DNA from: an uncultured Bdellovibrio sp.
GTDB taxonomy: Bacteria; Bdellovibrionota; Bdellovibrionia; Bdellovibrionales; Bdellovibrionaceae
Assembly (NCBI GenBank): GCA_963932905.1
Contig: CAWVRN010000005.1
Span: forward strand, 119,293 to 183,292
Length of the DNA stretch: 64,000 nt
Direction: 5' to 3'
Positions 18,706-28,878 of this stretch are shown here, piece by piece; position 1 is the first letter of the stretch, and each line of letters begins with the position of its first letter. The notes beneath the pieces were generated by a model. The model was not told where the DNA came from. It made no database searches and was given only the letters and a program-made list of their open reading frames with translations. Made by a program: the position numbers and the translations under genes.

Positions 18706-18945
18706 TTTTTGGGAAGGGAAGAGACTTCTTCTTTTCCTTGAAGCTTGGTTCTGGGTGGTGCGGGGATCTTCCTTTTGAGATGCTTTTTTAAAAAGATATA
18801 AAAAAGCCTCGGCAGTCCTCGTCCGCGCTGAACGCGTGTCTGTGGAACTCATTTTTTTATATCTTTTTAAAAAAGCATCTCAAAAGGAAGACCAGGCTTG
18901 AATTGGCGCTTCGAGGAAAAGAAGATGTTTCTTCCTTTCCAAAAA
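18706..18945. repeat. 240-nt double-stem inverted-repeat element (element 2)
   Basis: Perfect 39-bp arms 18767-18805/18853-18891 and near-perfect outer arms 18706-18744/18908-18945. Confidence 0.95.
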
Positions 18946-19095
18946 TTACCCAAATACCCAAAAACTTAGATTTCGTCCATTTTCTTGGCTCTTCACAAGC
19001 TTGGCCGCCTCATTTCCTATATAATGGCTTTGGTGGCAGCGAATTCATTGATTAATTTCACGGGGGAAATTTAGAGTCGAATTGCCTAGGTAAGT

Positions 19096-19623
19096 ATGCT
19101 AAACAGCGAGTCTATGAGTTGTATTAGTTGCCAAGGTACGAAAGCTTTATTGAAATGTGGTTGCTGTGAGAGTGAAGTATGTAAGTACTGTGCTCATATC
19201 TTGCCAGAAGATAATTTTTCCTTTCTGACAGAAGTGGCGCCTGAATTAAAGCATTCAGTTTACTGTCCACCTTGTTACAACACCCACGTATCTGACGTTT
19301 GGGATGATTATCAGGCAACTATGGAAAAAGCGAAAAATATTAACGTTTATTTATCAAATCAAGGTAAAGAAACTCGACTAATTAAGCGGATTCAAAAACC
19401 AATCAAAGTGTCGGGCTGTCAAGATCATGATGAAACCCTTCTTCGTCTTGCTTTCCAGGCTGTAAAAGCCGGCTTTAATGGCTTAGTCGATGTCGATTTA
19501 GTCTCTCAAAAAGTGAAAATCGCTGGCTATCAAACTCAAACATGGAGTGGCAAGGGAACTCCAGTTAATTTGTCTGGGCATCATATAGTAAAAGATAGAT
19601 CTATCTGGCAAAATCCAAACTAA
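19096..19623 (+). CDS. Cys-rich zinc-binding protein with YbjQ-like C-terminal domain
   Basis: CxxC x4. The C-terminal LRLAFQAVKAGFNGLVDVD..GTPV resembles the YbjQ/heavy-metal-binding family. Confidence 0.6.
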   Translation: MLNSESMSCISCQGTKALLKCGCCESEVCKYCAHILPEDNFSFLTEVAPELKHSVYCPPCYNTHVSDVWDDYQATMEKAKNINVYLSNQGKETRLIKRIQKPIKVSGCQDHDETLLRLAFQAVKAGFNGLVDVDLVSQKVKIAGYQTQTWSGKGTPVNLSGHHIVKDRSIWQNPN

Positions 19624-20036
19624 GTAGCCCTTATATCGTAATTTCCTGGGAAAGTTGTCGATAGAAACATTTTAGGCAACAAGAATGTCGCAATCGCAAT
19701 GGCAAAAAGGGCAAGACCAATCATTAAAAATTTTTTAGCTTTAACGTAGTTTTTCTTAGCATTTATTCGTGCGATGAAAAAAACAACCAAGGTTCCTGCA
19801 CAAAAAATCAACGAAATAACGTACGAGATTTTTGCGTACATTTGATTTCGTTCGGAAATTCCATAACCCCCATCGAGTTTCGAATTGTATCCGCCCACCA
19901 TGTTGGCGCTTTCAGGTAGGGTGGCTGCATCCGATGATATTTTTGCTTTGGCAACATCTGAAGAATCGACAGCGTCCGCAAAACAAAAGCCAGTAGCAAA
20001 TAAAAAGAAAGTCAGAAAATATTTAAAAAAAATCAT
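19620..20036 (-). CDS. Hypothetical membrane protein (signal peptide + 2 TM)
   Basis: ATG 20036 with AAGGAA RBS; hydrophobic segments. Confidence 0.6.
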   Translation of the reverse strand: MIFFKYFLTFFLFATGFCFADAVDSSDVAKAKISSDAATLPESANMVGGYNSKLDGGYGISERNQMYAKISYVISLIFCAGTLVVFFIARINAKKNYVKAKKFLMIGLALFAIAIATFLLPKMFLSTTFPGNYDIRAT

Positions 20037-20379
20037 AGTGGGTTCCTTTTCCGTTAGCATTTACAGAATTGAAATTCGAGTCAATTTTTTTTCCTTTTGT
20101 ACCAAAAATAAAATCCCAAAAAGAAAATAGAAATCCATAATTGGTTTCTGGATTGTTGGAATCATGATGAATTTTATGAGAATCGGGGAATACGAAAACC
20201 TTTCTTAAGTTTTGGGTCACAGTGGTATTCGGAATGGAGTAATCCAGATGTGAAAGTAGAGCCTGTACTGAAAATATATGGGCAGCCAAAAGTACATGCC
20301 ATTGATTAATGTTGAGCATGACAGAAACAGCTAGCATGGCAAAACTTCGTGTGTCATTTACATAGGCAGTGTCTATCAT
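20023..20379 (-). pseudogene. 5'-truncated sterol desaturase/fatty-acid hydroxylase family fragment
   Basis: C-terminal signature P..HKIHH...NYG..FSFWD.IFGT is present; the N-terminal His boxes are absent and there is an in-frame stop immediately upstream. Confidence 0.65.
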
Positions 20380-20613
20380 TTACTCAATCCTGGAGACTGG
20401 TAACGAATAGAATCTACTTCTATTTTCCAAGTGAAATGGCCTTTAGGTCAGGCTCATCCGATGACAAAACAGATCACCTAAAAAGTCTTTTAAATCGCTT
20501 TCACTAGCCTCAATGCAAAGCGATCGTCTCAAACCAAGACTAAGGCAGAATTTTAGAGTTCTGCCTTTAGAAAACCCCTAAAAATCACGATAGAGGAGGT
20601 AGGGGAGATTCTC

Positions 20614-21261
20614 ATGTCATGGGGCGATATTCCAAGTTGGGCGAATAATACTGCGTTAGCATTGATGCAAACTCTTAGCTATGTGGATCCGATTACCTAC
20701 GAACACTGTTGTCGTGTTGGAGCTTTAAGCCGCAAACTTGCTCTCAGTGCTGGTTTGAATGAATACGAACAAGCGGTTGCCGAGTACTCAGGTTTATTTC
20801 ATGATCTAGGTAAAGTCGGAATTTCGAACGAGATTATTGCTAAACCTGGTAAGCTTGATCCAAAAGAGATCGATATCATGAGAAATCATCCGATCATTTC
20901 CGAAAATATTTTAAAGCCGTTGGCTGAAAAAGATTCCTTCTTTCGCCAGCTTTTGGCGCCCGTTCGTGGTCATCATGAGCGTGTGGATGGTGAAGGTTAT
21001 CCGGATCGTCTCGTTAGCGATAAAATCAATTTACTAGCACGTATCATCCTGATTGTAGACACCTATGATGCTATGTCGCAGACTCGTTCCTACCGCAAGG
21101 GTTTGCCTAATGAAGTGGTATATGCTGAACTAAAACGCTGCTCGGGTACCCAGTTCGATTCGCAATTAGTAAAGACATTCTTGGACGCCCACAAGTTTTG
21201 GTCGCAATCTAAAGAAACGGACGAAAACTCAATTGTCGAGTACTTAAAGCGGGCAGCTTAA
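20614..21261 (+). CDS. HD-GYP domain cyclic-dinucleotide phosphodiesterase
   Basis: HDLGK, HHERVDGEGYP, DTYDAM..R.YR and GTQFD. Confidence 0.92.
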   Translation: MSWGDIPSWANNTALALMQTLSYVDPITYEHCCRVGALSRKLALSAGLNEYEQAVAEYSGLFHDLGKVGISNEIIAKPGKLDPKEIDIMRNHPIISENILKPLAEKDSFFRQLLAPVRGHHERVDGEGYPDRLVSDKINLLARIILIVDTYDAMSQTRSYRKGLPNEVVYAELKRCSGTQFDSQLVKTFLDAHKFWSQSKETDENSIVEYLKRAA

Positions 21262-21388
21262 TCCCGCTCTCTGTTTAATGTCTTTACGAGCTAGTTTTGC
21301 GGCACCAATGAAAATGAATCCCAAACTGATGTTGTATTAATATGACATCAATTATGTGAACCATGATATGCCCCTGAAGCTACCCGGA

Positions 21389-22183
21389 CTAAGACTTATT
21401 AGTACTTTCAAATATTTTATCTGCCGATTTCGCAATAAAGCCTTGATATAATTTACCGTCCGCCATCGGATAGCGTTTCGCAAATTCATAGTAACACGCG
21501 GGAATTTTATACGTACCGTCTTCAAACAAAATGGCAACTTCTTTCGCCATGGTTGAGCTTTGTTCCAACATCTCTTCAGGTGTGCCTTTGATCTCGCCAC
21601 CTGATTGGTTCAATTGAAAACCGTTTGTTTTGATAAAGTTGTTCAATTTAGAAAGATCGTTGAATTTCTTTAGGCGGTTCACATTCACGGTGAAATGATT
21701 TGCTCGGAATCCATACGCATACGTCCAGGCAGCATATTCACTATCTTTGTAAAGTGCCTCGTATACTTTGTGTGATTTTTTCCAAGTTGTTCCTGAATAC
21801 AAAAATTCTGGCTTTTTCGTAATACTGTAATCGAAATCTTTAAAGTGAGCTTCAATAGTTGTGCGTACAAAGGGAGTAGTTTTCTCAAGCTCTAATTCAC
21901 TGATGAAAACTTTAGGCTGATTTGTATCCGGATGTTCATAGTGTTTTGCGTAGAGTTTCTTTTCTTTGAAAATATAGTCATTTTTTTCTATGTAACCTAA
22001 ATCGATAAAGTGTTTGGCTAATACGGCAATACTCATACCCGGCAGATTGAACGTACGAAACGCCACGTGATCATTCAAAACAGTTTCATGTTGGTCACTC
22101 AGGAGGCGGTAGATCTTAAGAGCCTCTGGATTAAGAGATGTGTAGTCGTCCCAGAGTTGATTGAAGATGGGTAAGCTGGTCAT
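21389..22183 (-). CDS. DUF1338 family protein (2-oxoadipate dioxygenase/decarboxylase-like)
   Basis: NDHVAFRT, PKVFISEL, SEYAAW, NHFT, LEQSSTMA, YYEFAKR and ADKIFEST. Confidence 0.88.
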   Translation of the reverse strand: MTSLPIFNQLWDDYTSLNPEALKIYRLLSDQHETVLNDHVAFRTFNLPGMSIAVLAKHFIDLGYIEKNDYIFKEKKLYAKHYEHPDTNQPKVFISELELEKTTPFVRTTIEAHFKDFDYSITKKPEFLYSGTTWKKSHKVYEALYKDSEYAAWTYAYGFRANHFTVNVNRLKKFNDLSKLNNFIKTNGFQLNQSGGEIKGTPEEMLEQSSTMAKEVAILFEDGTYKIPACYYEFAKRYPMADGKLYQGFIAKSADKIFESTNKS

Positions 22184-22341
22184 TTGAACTCCGCTGGTTG
22201 GTAACGTATTTTTCGATAGGCATTTTTATACCTATCTTTAACAATAAAATGGATTTTATCGTAAAGTCTAGCCCGCCCATGGACTGACTCCGTATCTAAT
22301 ACGGGGCATTAAGCCTTGGTTGTTCGCTGTGATACCGGACA

Positions 22342-23364
22342 ATGAAATATATGAGTCGAAAAACAATTCCTGAGCTGGAACTAATCAATCAATTGAAAGA
22401 GGAATTGGGTCACATCGCTCGATTTGAAATCATCGGTGAATCCCAAGAAGAAAATCTGCGCATGCCGATTCACAAAATCAGTTTTGGCAGCACCGATCCA
22501 AAAGCACCGGTATTGGGTTTGGTCGGAGGCGTTCACGGGCTGGAACGTATCGGATCACAAGTGACGATTGCTTTACTAAATTCATTTTCGCAGCTCTATC
22601 AATGGGACGATACCATTCGTCACAATCTTGAAAAAATCAGAGTGTTTTTCATTCCATGTGTGAATCCCATCGGAATTTTGAAAAAACGTCGATCTAATCC
22701 AAACGGTATCGATATTATGCGGAATGCGCCCATCGATGCAGAAGATAAAGTCCCGTCTTTGTTAGGTGGTCACCGTATTTCGAATTTACTTCCTTGGTAT
22801 CGCGGCGAGCATATGGAATCAGAAACAGCGGCGCTTGTGAATCATGTTAAAAAAGAAATAGAACATGCAAAAGTCGCGGTCACAGTGGATTTCCATTCGG
22901 GCTTTGGTTTTCAAGATCAAATTTGGTTTCCTTATGCGAAAACGCGAAAACCATTTGCCGATTTAGGTTATTTTGATTCGTTCATCGGGTTGATGAATAA
23001 AACGTACCCTAATCATTTTTATAAAATTGAACCTCAAGCGTACCTGACTCACGGAGATGTTTGGGATTATTTATATGACTGGAAAAGGAGTTTAAATCAA
23101 CAGGACAGCGTTTTTTTACCAATGTGTTTAGAAATGGGTTCGTGGATGTGGGTGAAGAAAAACCCTCTACAAATTTTTACGCCTGAAGGGGCTTACAATC
23201 CGGTTAAAACACATCGATATCGTCGTGCTTTACGTCGCCATAATACATTTTTTGAATTTCTAATTCGTGCCTTGTATTCGCCGCAAAGTTGGTACCCGCT
23301 GGCTCCCGATGAACTTGAACTTCACAGAAAACAAGCAATGGAAAAATGGTATGCAAAACGTTAG
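22342..23364 (+). CDS. M14 zinc carboxypeptidase family protein
   Basis: GGVHGLE, NP.G....RSNPNGID.MRN and DFHSG. Confidence 0.88.
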   Translation: MKYMSRKTIPELELINQLKEELGHIARFEIIGESQEENLRMPIHKISFGSTDPKAPVLGLVGGVHGLERIGSQVTIALLNSFSQLYQWDDTIRHNLEKIRVFFIPCVNPIGILKKRRSNPNGIDIMRNAPIDAEDKVPSLLGGHRISNLLPWYRGEHMESETAALVNHVKKEIEHAKVAVTVDFHSGFGFQDQIWFPYAKTRKPFADLGYFDSFIGLMNKTYPNHFYKIEPQAYLTHGDVWDYLYDWKRSLNQQDSVFLPMCLEMGSWMWVKKNPLQIFTPEGAYNPVKTHRYRRALRRHNTFFEFLIRALYSPQSWYPLAPDELELHRKQAMEKWYAKR

Positions 23365-24106
23365 GAATTGGGTCCTACTTCGAGGTTTAATTCGCGGTAG
23401 TTTTCACTGGCATAAATTTCCGGATAAATTAGCGAAGGCCTTTCCAAATGATAAAATTCACCTGTTTGATTCACCTGGAAATGGAGTCAGAAATAACGAA
23501 ATCAGCCCGATGCGAATCGAAGGATTCACTGAAGATCTGCGATTTTTGGCGCGTCGTCTTGATAATATCCAACTAGTGGCCATTTCCCTGGGGGGAATGG
23601 TTGCGTTGAATTGGCTCGCGACCCATCCGGAAGAAGTCGAAAATGCGTTTGTTATGAACACGTCCCTAGGTGACACCGGGCCATTTTATAAACGGCTCAA
23701 CTATACAAACTATCCACGCATTGTGAAATCATTTTTGAAAGATGAAACGGTGGTCGAAAAAATGATTTTAGATTTCACCTGCAACAGTATCGATGTTCAA
23801 GAAGAGTTACTGGATCACAACATCGCGATGGCGCGCAAATATCCGATGAAACGCTTGAATTTCTTTCGTCAAATCGTGGCCGCTGGGCAGTCGCGTTTTG
23901 ATTCACGGCTTTTAAAGTATAAAAAATTGCACCTACTTGTGTCTGCGAATGATCGATTGGTGCATCCACAAAACACGTTCAATTTGGCTCATAAATTGGG
24001 AATTACACCCATGGTTCACCCATGGGCCGGTCATGATTTAACACTCGATGATCCGGACTTCGTGGTGGACTATTTGCGTTCCCAAATTTCCCCAACTAAG
24101 GGGTAA
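23351..24106 (+). CDS. Alpha/beta hydrolase
   Basis: LLRGL, DSPGNG, AISLGG nucleophile elbow, D.LV and AGHD. ATG 23351 chosen as start. Confidence 0.88.
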   Translation: MQNVRNWVLLRGLIRGSFHWHKFPDKLAKAFPNDKIHLFDSPGNGVRNNEISPMRIEGFTEDLRFLARRLDNIQLVAISLGGMVALNWLATHPEEVENAFVMNTSLGDTGPFYKRLNYTNYPRIVKSFLKDETVVEKMILDFTCNSIDVQEELLDHNIAMARKYPMKRLNFFRQIVAAGQSRFDSRLLKYKKLHLLVSANDRLVHPQNTFNLAHKLGITPMVHPWAGHDLTLDDPDFVVDYLRSQISPTKG

Positions 24107-24292
24107 CTGACTAAGGATTAGGCATTCCTGTAAAAAAGGGGCATAAGTGGACCTTTGTACAATCTTTTGACGCGAAAAAATTACACCTCATTGCGATTTA
24201 AGTCGAAAATTAGTCCTAATTCATTCAAATATTGACTGGAGTTTAAATTCCATTTTTACTTCCAACTGCTTGATATGAGAGAATAAAAAAGA

Positions 24293-25723
24293 ATGATCCT
24301 AGACCACCGTGGGCGCTATAAATTTCTGCTTCTTTCCGCATTATTATGTCTAACATTTAAGGCAAATGCGTCTCTTTATTCAAATCAGTTTACTAAATTA
24401 GATTCTGTATCTAAAGCTCCGGCATCGAATAATTTTTTCGGCGTGATCCGTTTTGAGAATATGGATTATCTGACGATGCTCCCCGATGAAGATAAATTCA
24501 ATCGTCAGCAATATCTGTCGGCTCGTTTAGGTTTAACCGGTTTAAGCTATGATACCTATTGGGGTTATGGCCTAGATGTGCAAGCTGGTAAGTATAGTTA
24601 CGGTGGTTCTAACTATTCCGTTCAAGAAGCATTTTTATTTTATCGCTTAGAAACTTTTTTTAAAATTTCAGTGGGCCGAAAGAAAGTCGAATGGAGTGTC
24701 TTAGATAACTATTGGAAAACAAGTCTGTGGCAACCTAAATACGCTATCGATTATTTACGTCCCGAAGAGCAAGGGTTGACGGGTGCTTTCTTTGAATACA
24801 AACGTTCGGATTTTCAATTCGTAGCCTTAACAACGCCAATTTTCATCCCGAACATGGGTGTCGATATTCGTGAAGAAGATGGTGAGTTGCGCGCCGATAG
24901 CCGCTGGTTCCGCCAACCTTCGAACAAATATGATTTCAACGGACGAATCAAAACAATTACGTACGATATATCGGTTCCAGAAACTCGCAACTTGGTTTCA
25001 AGGCCAGGTGTCGGGTATAACGTCGCATTGGGTGATCGCTCTAAAGGTTTTTGGGCTAATCAAAGTGCTGGATACAAACCAGTTAATGATTTGCTATTGA
25101 AACGTGAAGGCTATGCTCAGGCGGCAGAGAAGAATGTAAAAGTGGTGGTGTCGCCGGATGTAACCTACCATTCCGTCCTGTCTTTAGACATCGGGTATTC
25201 ATTCCAAAACTTCAAAGTCATTTCATCCTACATCGAGGATAATCCAAAAACTAAAATTCCAACAGATGAATGGGTTATTCAAAACCTAGAGTCGATGAAG
25301 GGCTATTCGGTGATGATTGAAAATAATATCGATTATTCTTTGATTCGTGATCTGAAGATTCAATTGGGATACTTGCGTATCGATGGTGGAACAATTAGCG
25401 ATATCAATGCCAGTTCGGAGAAAGATTCTTTTACTTTATTTGATGAACGATTCTATTTCTACAATTCACTTCTGTTTAAAACGGAAGGTAAACTATTTAA
25501 ATTATTCAATCGTGATTTTACGACTAAGGTTTCTTACTTACGTGACTTCAGTCAAAAAGGTTCTTTAGTAAATACCGAATTTCAATTCTATCCCGTTCAG
25601 AACTGGGCTGTACTTGTCGGCGGCGATTTAATTTCTGTTGATGAAGAAAACGATTCTTCCGGTTTCTTGAATCAAAATCGTGCTAATGATCGTGTTTATG
25701 CGGGAGTTAGCTATGTTTTCTAG
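24293..25723 (+). CDS. Outer-membrane beta-barrel (porin-like) hypothetical protein
   Basis: Signal peptide, GRK...W motif, alternating beta strands, terminal YAGVSYVF. Confidence 0.75.
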   Translation: MILDHRGRYKFLLLSALLCLTFKANASLYSNQFTKLDSVSKAPASNNFFGVIRFENMDYLTMLPDEDKFNRQQYLSARLGLTGLSYDTYWGYGLDVQAGKYSYGGSNYSVQEAFLFYRLETFFKISVGRKKVEWSVLDNYWKTSLWQPKYAIDYLRPEEQGLTGAFFEYKRSDFQFVALTTPIFIPNMGVDIREEDGELRADSRWFRQPSNKYDFNGRIKTITYDISVPETRNLVSRPGVGYNVALGDRSKGFWANQSAGYKPVNDLLLKREGYAQAAEKNVKVVVSPDVTYHSVLSLDIGYSFQNFKVISSYIEDNPKTKIPTDEWVIQNLESMKGYSVMIENNIDYSLIRDLKIQLGYLRIDGGTISDINASSEKDSFTLFDERFYFYNSLLFKTEGKLFKLFNRDFTTKVSYLRDFSQKGSLVNTEFQFYPVQNWAVLVGGDLISVDEENDSSGFLNQNRANDRVYAGVSYVF

Positions 25724-28700
25724 GTTGTCTTGGGCTAGAGTCATCGTAACAAGCCTTACACTGCTAGCTTTATCAGCGTCGCTTTTGTCCTGTGGATTAA
25801 AAATTGGTGAATCCCCTCCCGCAACACAGATGCCGGGTTATCGCACGGATTCATGTTTTGATACAGCAACAACCAAATTTGGAGAATTCTTCACGGGAAC
25901 GGCTAAAGATGAAGAAGTTAGTGCTTCTTGGGACTGTTTCTCGACGATGATTAAGGATTTTAAGTCTAAAGTTCGTTGTAAAGTCAGAGACAAATGTTCG
26001 CCCGGCGAAATTGCACAGTTCGTAGAAGATAATTTCATGGACGAGAATACCGGCGAAGTGAAGCAAAAAGTCATTTCTGCGGAACTTCAAATACAGTTGA
26101 TGAAAGTTAAAAAACTATTTCTGGGTGGAAATACCGAGTTCATCAGCGGGGCAGAATTAGATCGCTTAGTAGATCTGTTAAATAATCTAAAAGGAATTTC
26201 TAGAGACATTAATCCTTCCATGAAGGTATTAACACTAAACTGGGAAAATAAACTACGTTCTAATGAGGTCAGTCTTTTAGATTTTGAAGCGGTGAATGAG
26301 AACCTTGTTAAAATCGCGCAGCGTTTTGCGGGCCTTGTAGATAAAGACGATAATGTTTATCGTTTTGATGATTTTGAAGGTTTAGTTACGGAAATGGGCC
26401 GTTTTGCTGGTTCGAATTGGTCTTGGGTGGCAACCGTTCAAAACTACTTGCCAGCGATTAAGCAGCTGAAAAAGTCGATCAATGGCGGCGATCAGGAATC
26501 GCTAAAAGACAATGAATGGAATTTGTTCCTGCTTTTGGGATCGCGCGCATACATTCAATTCCTACGTTACTATTATTTCATCAAAGATCTTGATCCTGAA
26601 TTTACTAGTCTTCGTTTAGCCTATACGGCACGTACTATTGAAGAGACTTTCGAAATGTTATACGATTTGCTAAGTTACAAAGAATCCAATCAAGTTACAA
26701 AGGCCGAGATCGAAGACCTTTTAAAGAGTTTTTCAAATATTTGGCCAGTGCTTAAAACATCGCCTGCATTGATTTCTGAAGCGATGAAAATTAAACAAGT
26801 TCTGATCGGTGGTTCGGAAAAAGGTTTTGAAAAAGACGATTTCTTACGCGCTCAAAAGAAAGTGAATCTAATCAAACAGATCGTTGAGAAGTTTACACCA
26901 TATTACCAATTTTACGGATTGAGCTGGCATCCAGAATTGTTGAAGCAAACAGAAGCGTTTGCTTATTTTGGAAAAGCGACAAAGAGTTTTGACGATATGA
27001 TCACCAAGATCAATGAAGAATTTAAATTTGAAAAAGGCTATGACTTTAAGAGCTTAATGAATTTAATGGCTGAAATCGAAAAGCTATATCCGGGGTTAAG
27101 CACAGATATGCCGTTAGGTAAACGTGTGGCTCAGTACGCCTGCTTGGCACAGTTGGGTAGTGATGTATTGTTAGACAAACAAAGCAATCAATCTAACAAT
27201 GCCTGCGAAATTATTGAACTTTCAAGTAGTGACCTGACTAAGTTGGTAAAAAAAATCGGACAGGCTTTAAATATTTTCTGGGACTACTACTACTTTATTA
27301 GTCGAACCAAAGTTGTTTTCAATGATCTAGAATGGCAGACGAAGTTAAAGGATTTTGGATACAACGTTGTTACCTTCTTGAAGTCGGCAGTTGAAGAACG
27401 AAAATCAAAACGTATTTCAAACTATGAAATTAAGGCGTTCATTAACGAACTTTCAAGTATTGATGTCATTCCTAAATCGATTAAGAAAACGACGATCGAA
27501 GCCGCAATTCAGCTAGCGATCACGAAGATTTTAGTGCCTGAAGAACTTAAAGGAAAGGTCGCTCGTTTTGATGGTTTTGAGCCTTATCATATCGAACAGT
27601 TGTATCGCGAAATTGATAACTATCTTGGCGTGAATATTTTTATTCACCAAGCGTATGAAAACAGAATTAATCAAAAGTATGACTATAAGTTTTTACTAGG
27701 TAAGTTTAAACAGTCGATCGCCAGTTCAACTAACCCGAATTTCAAACTCGGGATGACAGAGTTTGTGAGTAACTTCGAAACAAATTATCCTATGATTTTA
27801 ACTGCGGACAACCGACTGTTCTTTAATCGTAATGCAAGTCCGATCTATGATAAGCACACATTAGAAGCTTATAATATGCATCGCTTTTTGGCCGGGTTGC
27901 TACTGCGATCGTATGCGAAGCGTGATCCAAGCACGAAAGTTATTAGCAGTGTTTTATCTGAATGTGAAGTCAAGTCGGTGTTCTTAGAGCTTAAACCGAT
28001 GTTGGTGGATCTGGACGTTATTTCGGACAGTTCAGGTACAGGATTCATCGATGCCCGTTTTATTGAGGCAAACCTGTTCCTGCCTAAATCGGATGGCAAT
28101 GATACTGTTAGTTTCGGTGAGTTGGCGGAATTCGTAAGTTATATTTTGTCAGGTTTCACAATTGATGATTTAGCAAAAGCATCGATCGCGAAAGATTGTA
28201 AATTGGCGACAGTGGGTACCGACGTTCTTGTTGATCTGGCGTGTTTACGTGGTTCATATAAAAAGAATATGCCAGCGGTGCTGAACTCGATGCCTTCGTA
28301 CGTCACATATAGCCAAAAGGAAAATCCAACTGATTGGGATAATGCATTTTTAAATAACCTGAAAGCCGCGGGTTACAAAGTTAGACAGGATGCCAGAATT
28401 TCGCTTTCAGATGCCTCTTTGCTGCCACATATCTTGCAATATGGTGAAACTATATTTACAAAATTTGACGTCAATGCCGATGGTGTTATCGACAAAAAAG
28501 AAGGTATCCGTGCGTTTCCTTCATTTGCATTCCTTTTGAAAAAAGTAGCGCGTAAACAATTGGAAGCGGGCGACATTAAAGAGAGCGAACTTGAAGCTAT
28601 GTTCACATACATCCTTAAGTATGGGAAAATACCAGAGTGTAACAAGCCTTTCATCCTGCTTTGCCTATTTGATCGCAGTGTAACGAACTGGTTAGACTGG

Positions 28701-28829
28701 AAATCAAACTACCGCAAAGACGATTATACGCTGGCGGCTAATCGGTCTCAGATTTCCAAAATTTTAGGTATCATTTCAGATATGGTTACGACCAGTCCTT
28801 CAGTCCAAGAAGACACCTGCAAGCCATGA
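25713..28829 (+). CDS. Large helical lipoprotein with C-terminal EF-hand-like motifs
   Basis: Lipobox LLSC; DVNADGVIDKKE EF-hand; recurring K...GG motifs. Confidence 0.75.
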   Translation: MFSRLSWARVIVTSLTLLALSASLLSCGLKIGESPPATQMPGYRTDSCFDTATTKFGEFFTGTAKDEEVSASWDCFSTMIKDFKSKVRCKVRDKCSPGEIAQFVEDNFMDENTGEVKQKVISAELQIQLMKVKKLFLGGNTEFISGAELDRLVDLLNNLKGISRDINPSMKVLTLNWENKLRSNEVSLLDFEAVNENLVKIAQRFAGLVDKDDNVYRFDDFEGLVTEMGRFAGSNWSWVATVQNYLPAIKQLKKSINGGDQESLKDNEWNLFLLLGSRAYIQFLRYYYFIKDLDPEFTSLRLAYTARTIEETFEMLYDLLSYKESNQVTKAEIEDLLKSFSNIWPVLKTSPALISEAMKIKQVLIGGSEKGFEKDDFLRAQKKVNLIKQIVEKFTPYYQFYGLSWHPELLKQTEAFAYFGKATKSFDDMITKINEEFKFEKGYDFKSLMNLMAEIEKLYPGLSTDMPLGKRVAQYACLAQLGSDVLLDKQSNQSNNACEIIELSSSDLTKLVKKIGQALNIFWDYYYFISRTKVVFNDLEWQTKLKDFGYNVVTFLKSAVEERKSKRISNYEIKAFINELSSIDVIPKSIKKTTIEAAIQLAITKILVPEELKGKVARFDGFEPYHIEQLYREIDNYLGVNIFIHQAYENRINQKYDYKFLLGKFKQSIASSTNPNFKLGMTEFVSNFETNYPMILTADNRLFFNRNASPIYDKHTLEAYNMHRFLAGLLLRSYAKRDPSTKVISSVLSECEVKSVFLELKPMLVDLDVISDSSGTGFIDARFIEANLFLPKSDGNDTVSFGELAEFVSYILSGFTIDDLAKASIAKDCKLATVGTDVLVDLACLRGSYKKNMPAVLNSMPSYVTYSQKENPTDWDNAFLNNLKAAGYKVRQDARISLSDASLLPHILQYGETIFTKFDVNADGVIDKKEGIRAFPSFAFLLKKVARKQLEAGDIKESELEAMFTYILKYGKIPECNKPFILLCLFDRSVTNWLDWKSNYRKDDYTLAANRSQISKILGIISDMVTTSPSVQEDTCKP

Positions 28830-28834
28830 TTATC

Positions 28835-28861
28835 TAAGGTCCTACTAAGGCCTTCCGATAA
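28835..28861 (+). promoter_or_regulatory. Putative sigma28 (FliA) promoter
   Basis: TAAG-N15-TCCGATAA upstream of the MBOAT gene. Confidence 0.55.
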
Positions 28862-28878
28862 AGCTTGTAGGAGATTTT

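Noticed and set aside
18469..18852. ORFs overlapping ychJ and element 2
   Set aside because: Shadow frames of a real gene and of the repeat.
18706..18945. Viroid-like/hammerhead ribozyme, suggested by the rod shape and size
   Set aside because: No CTGANGA...GAAA hammerhead core recognised in either element.
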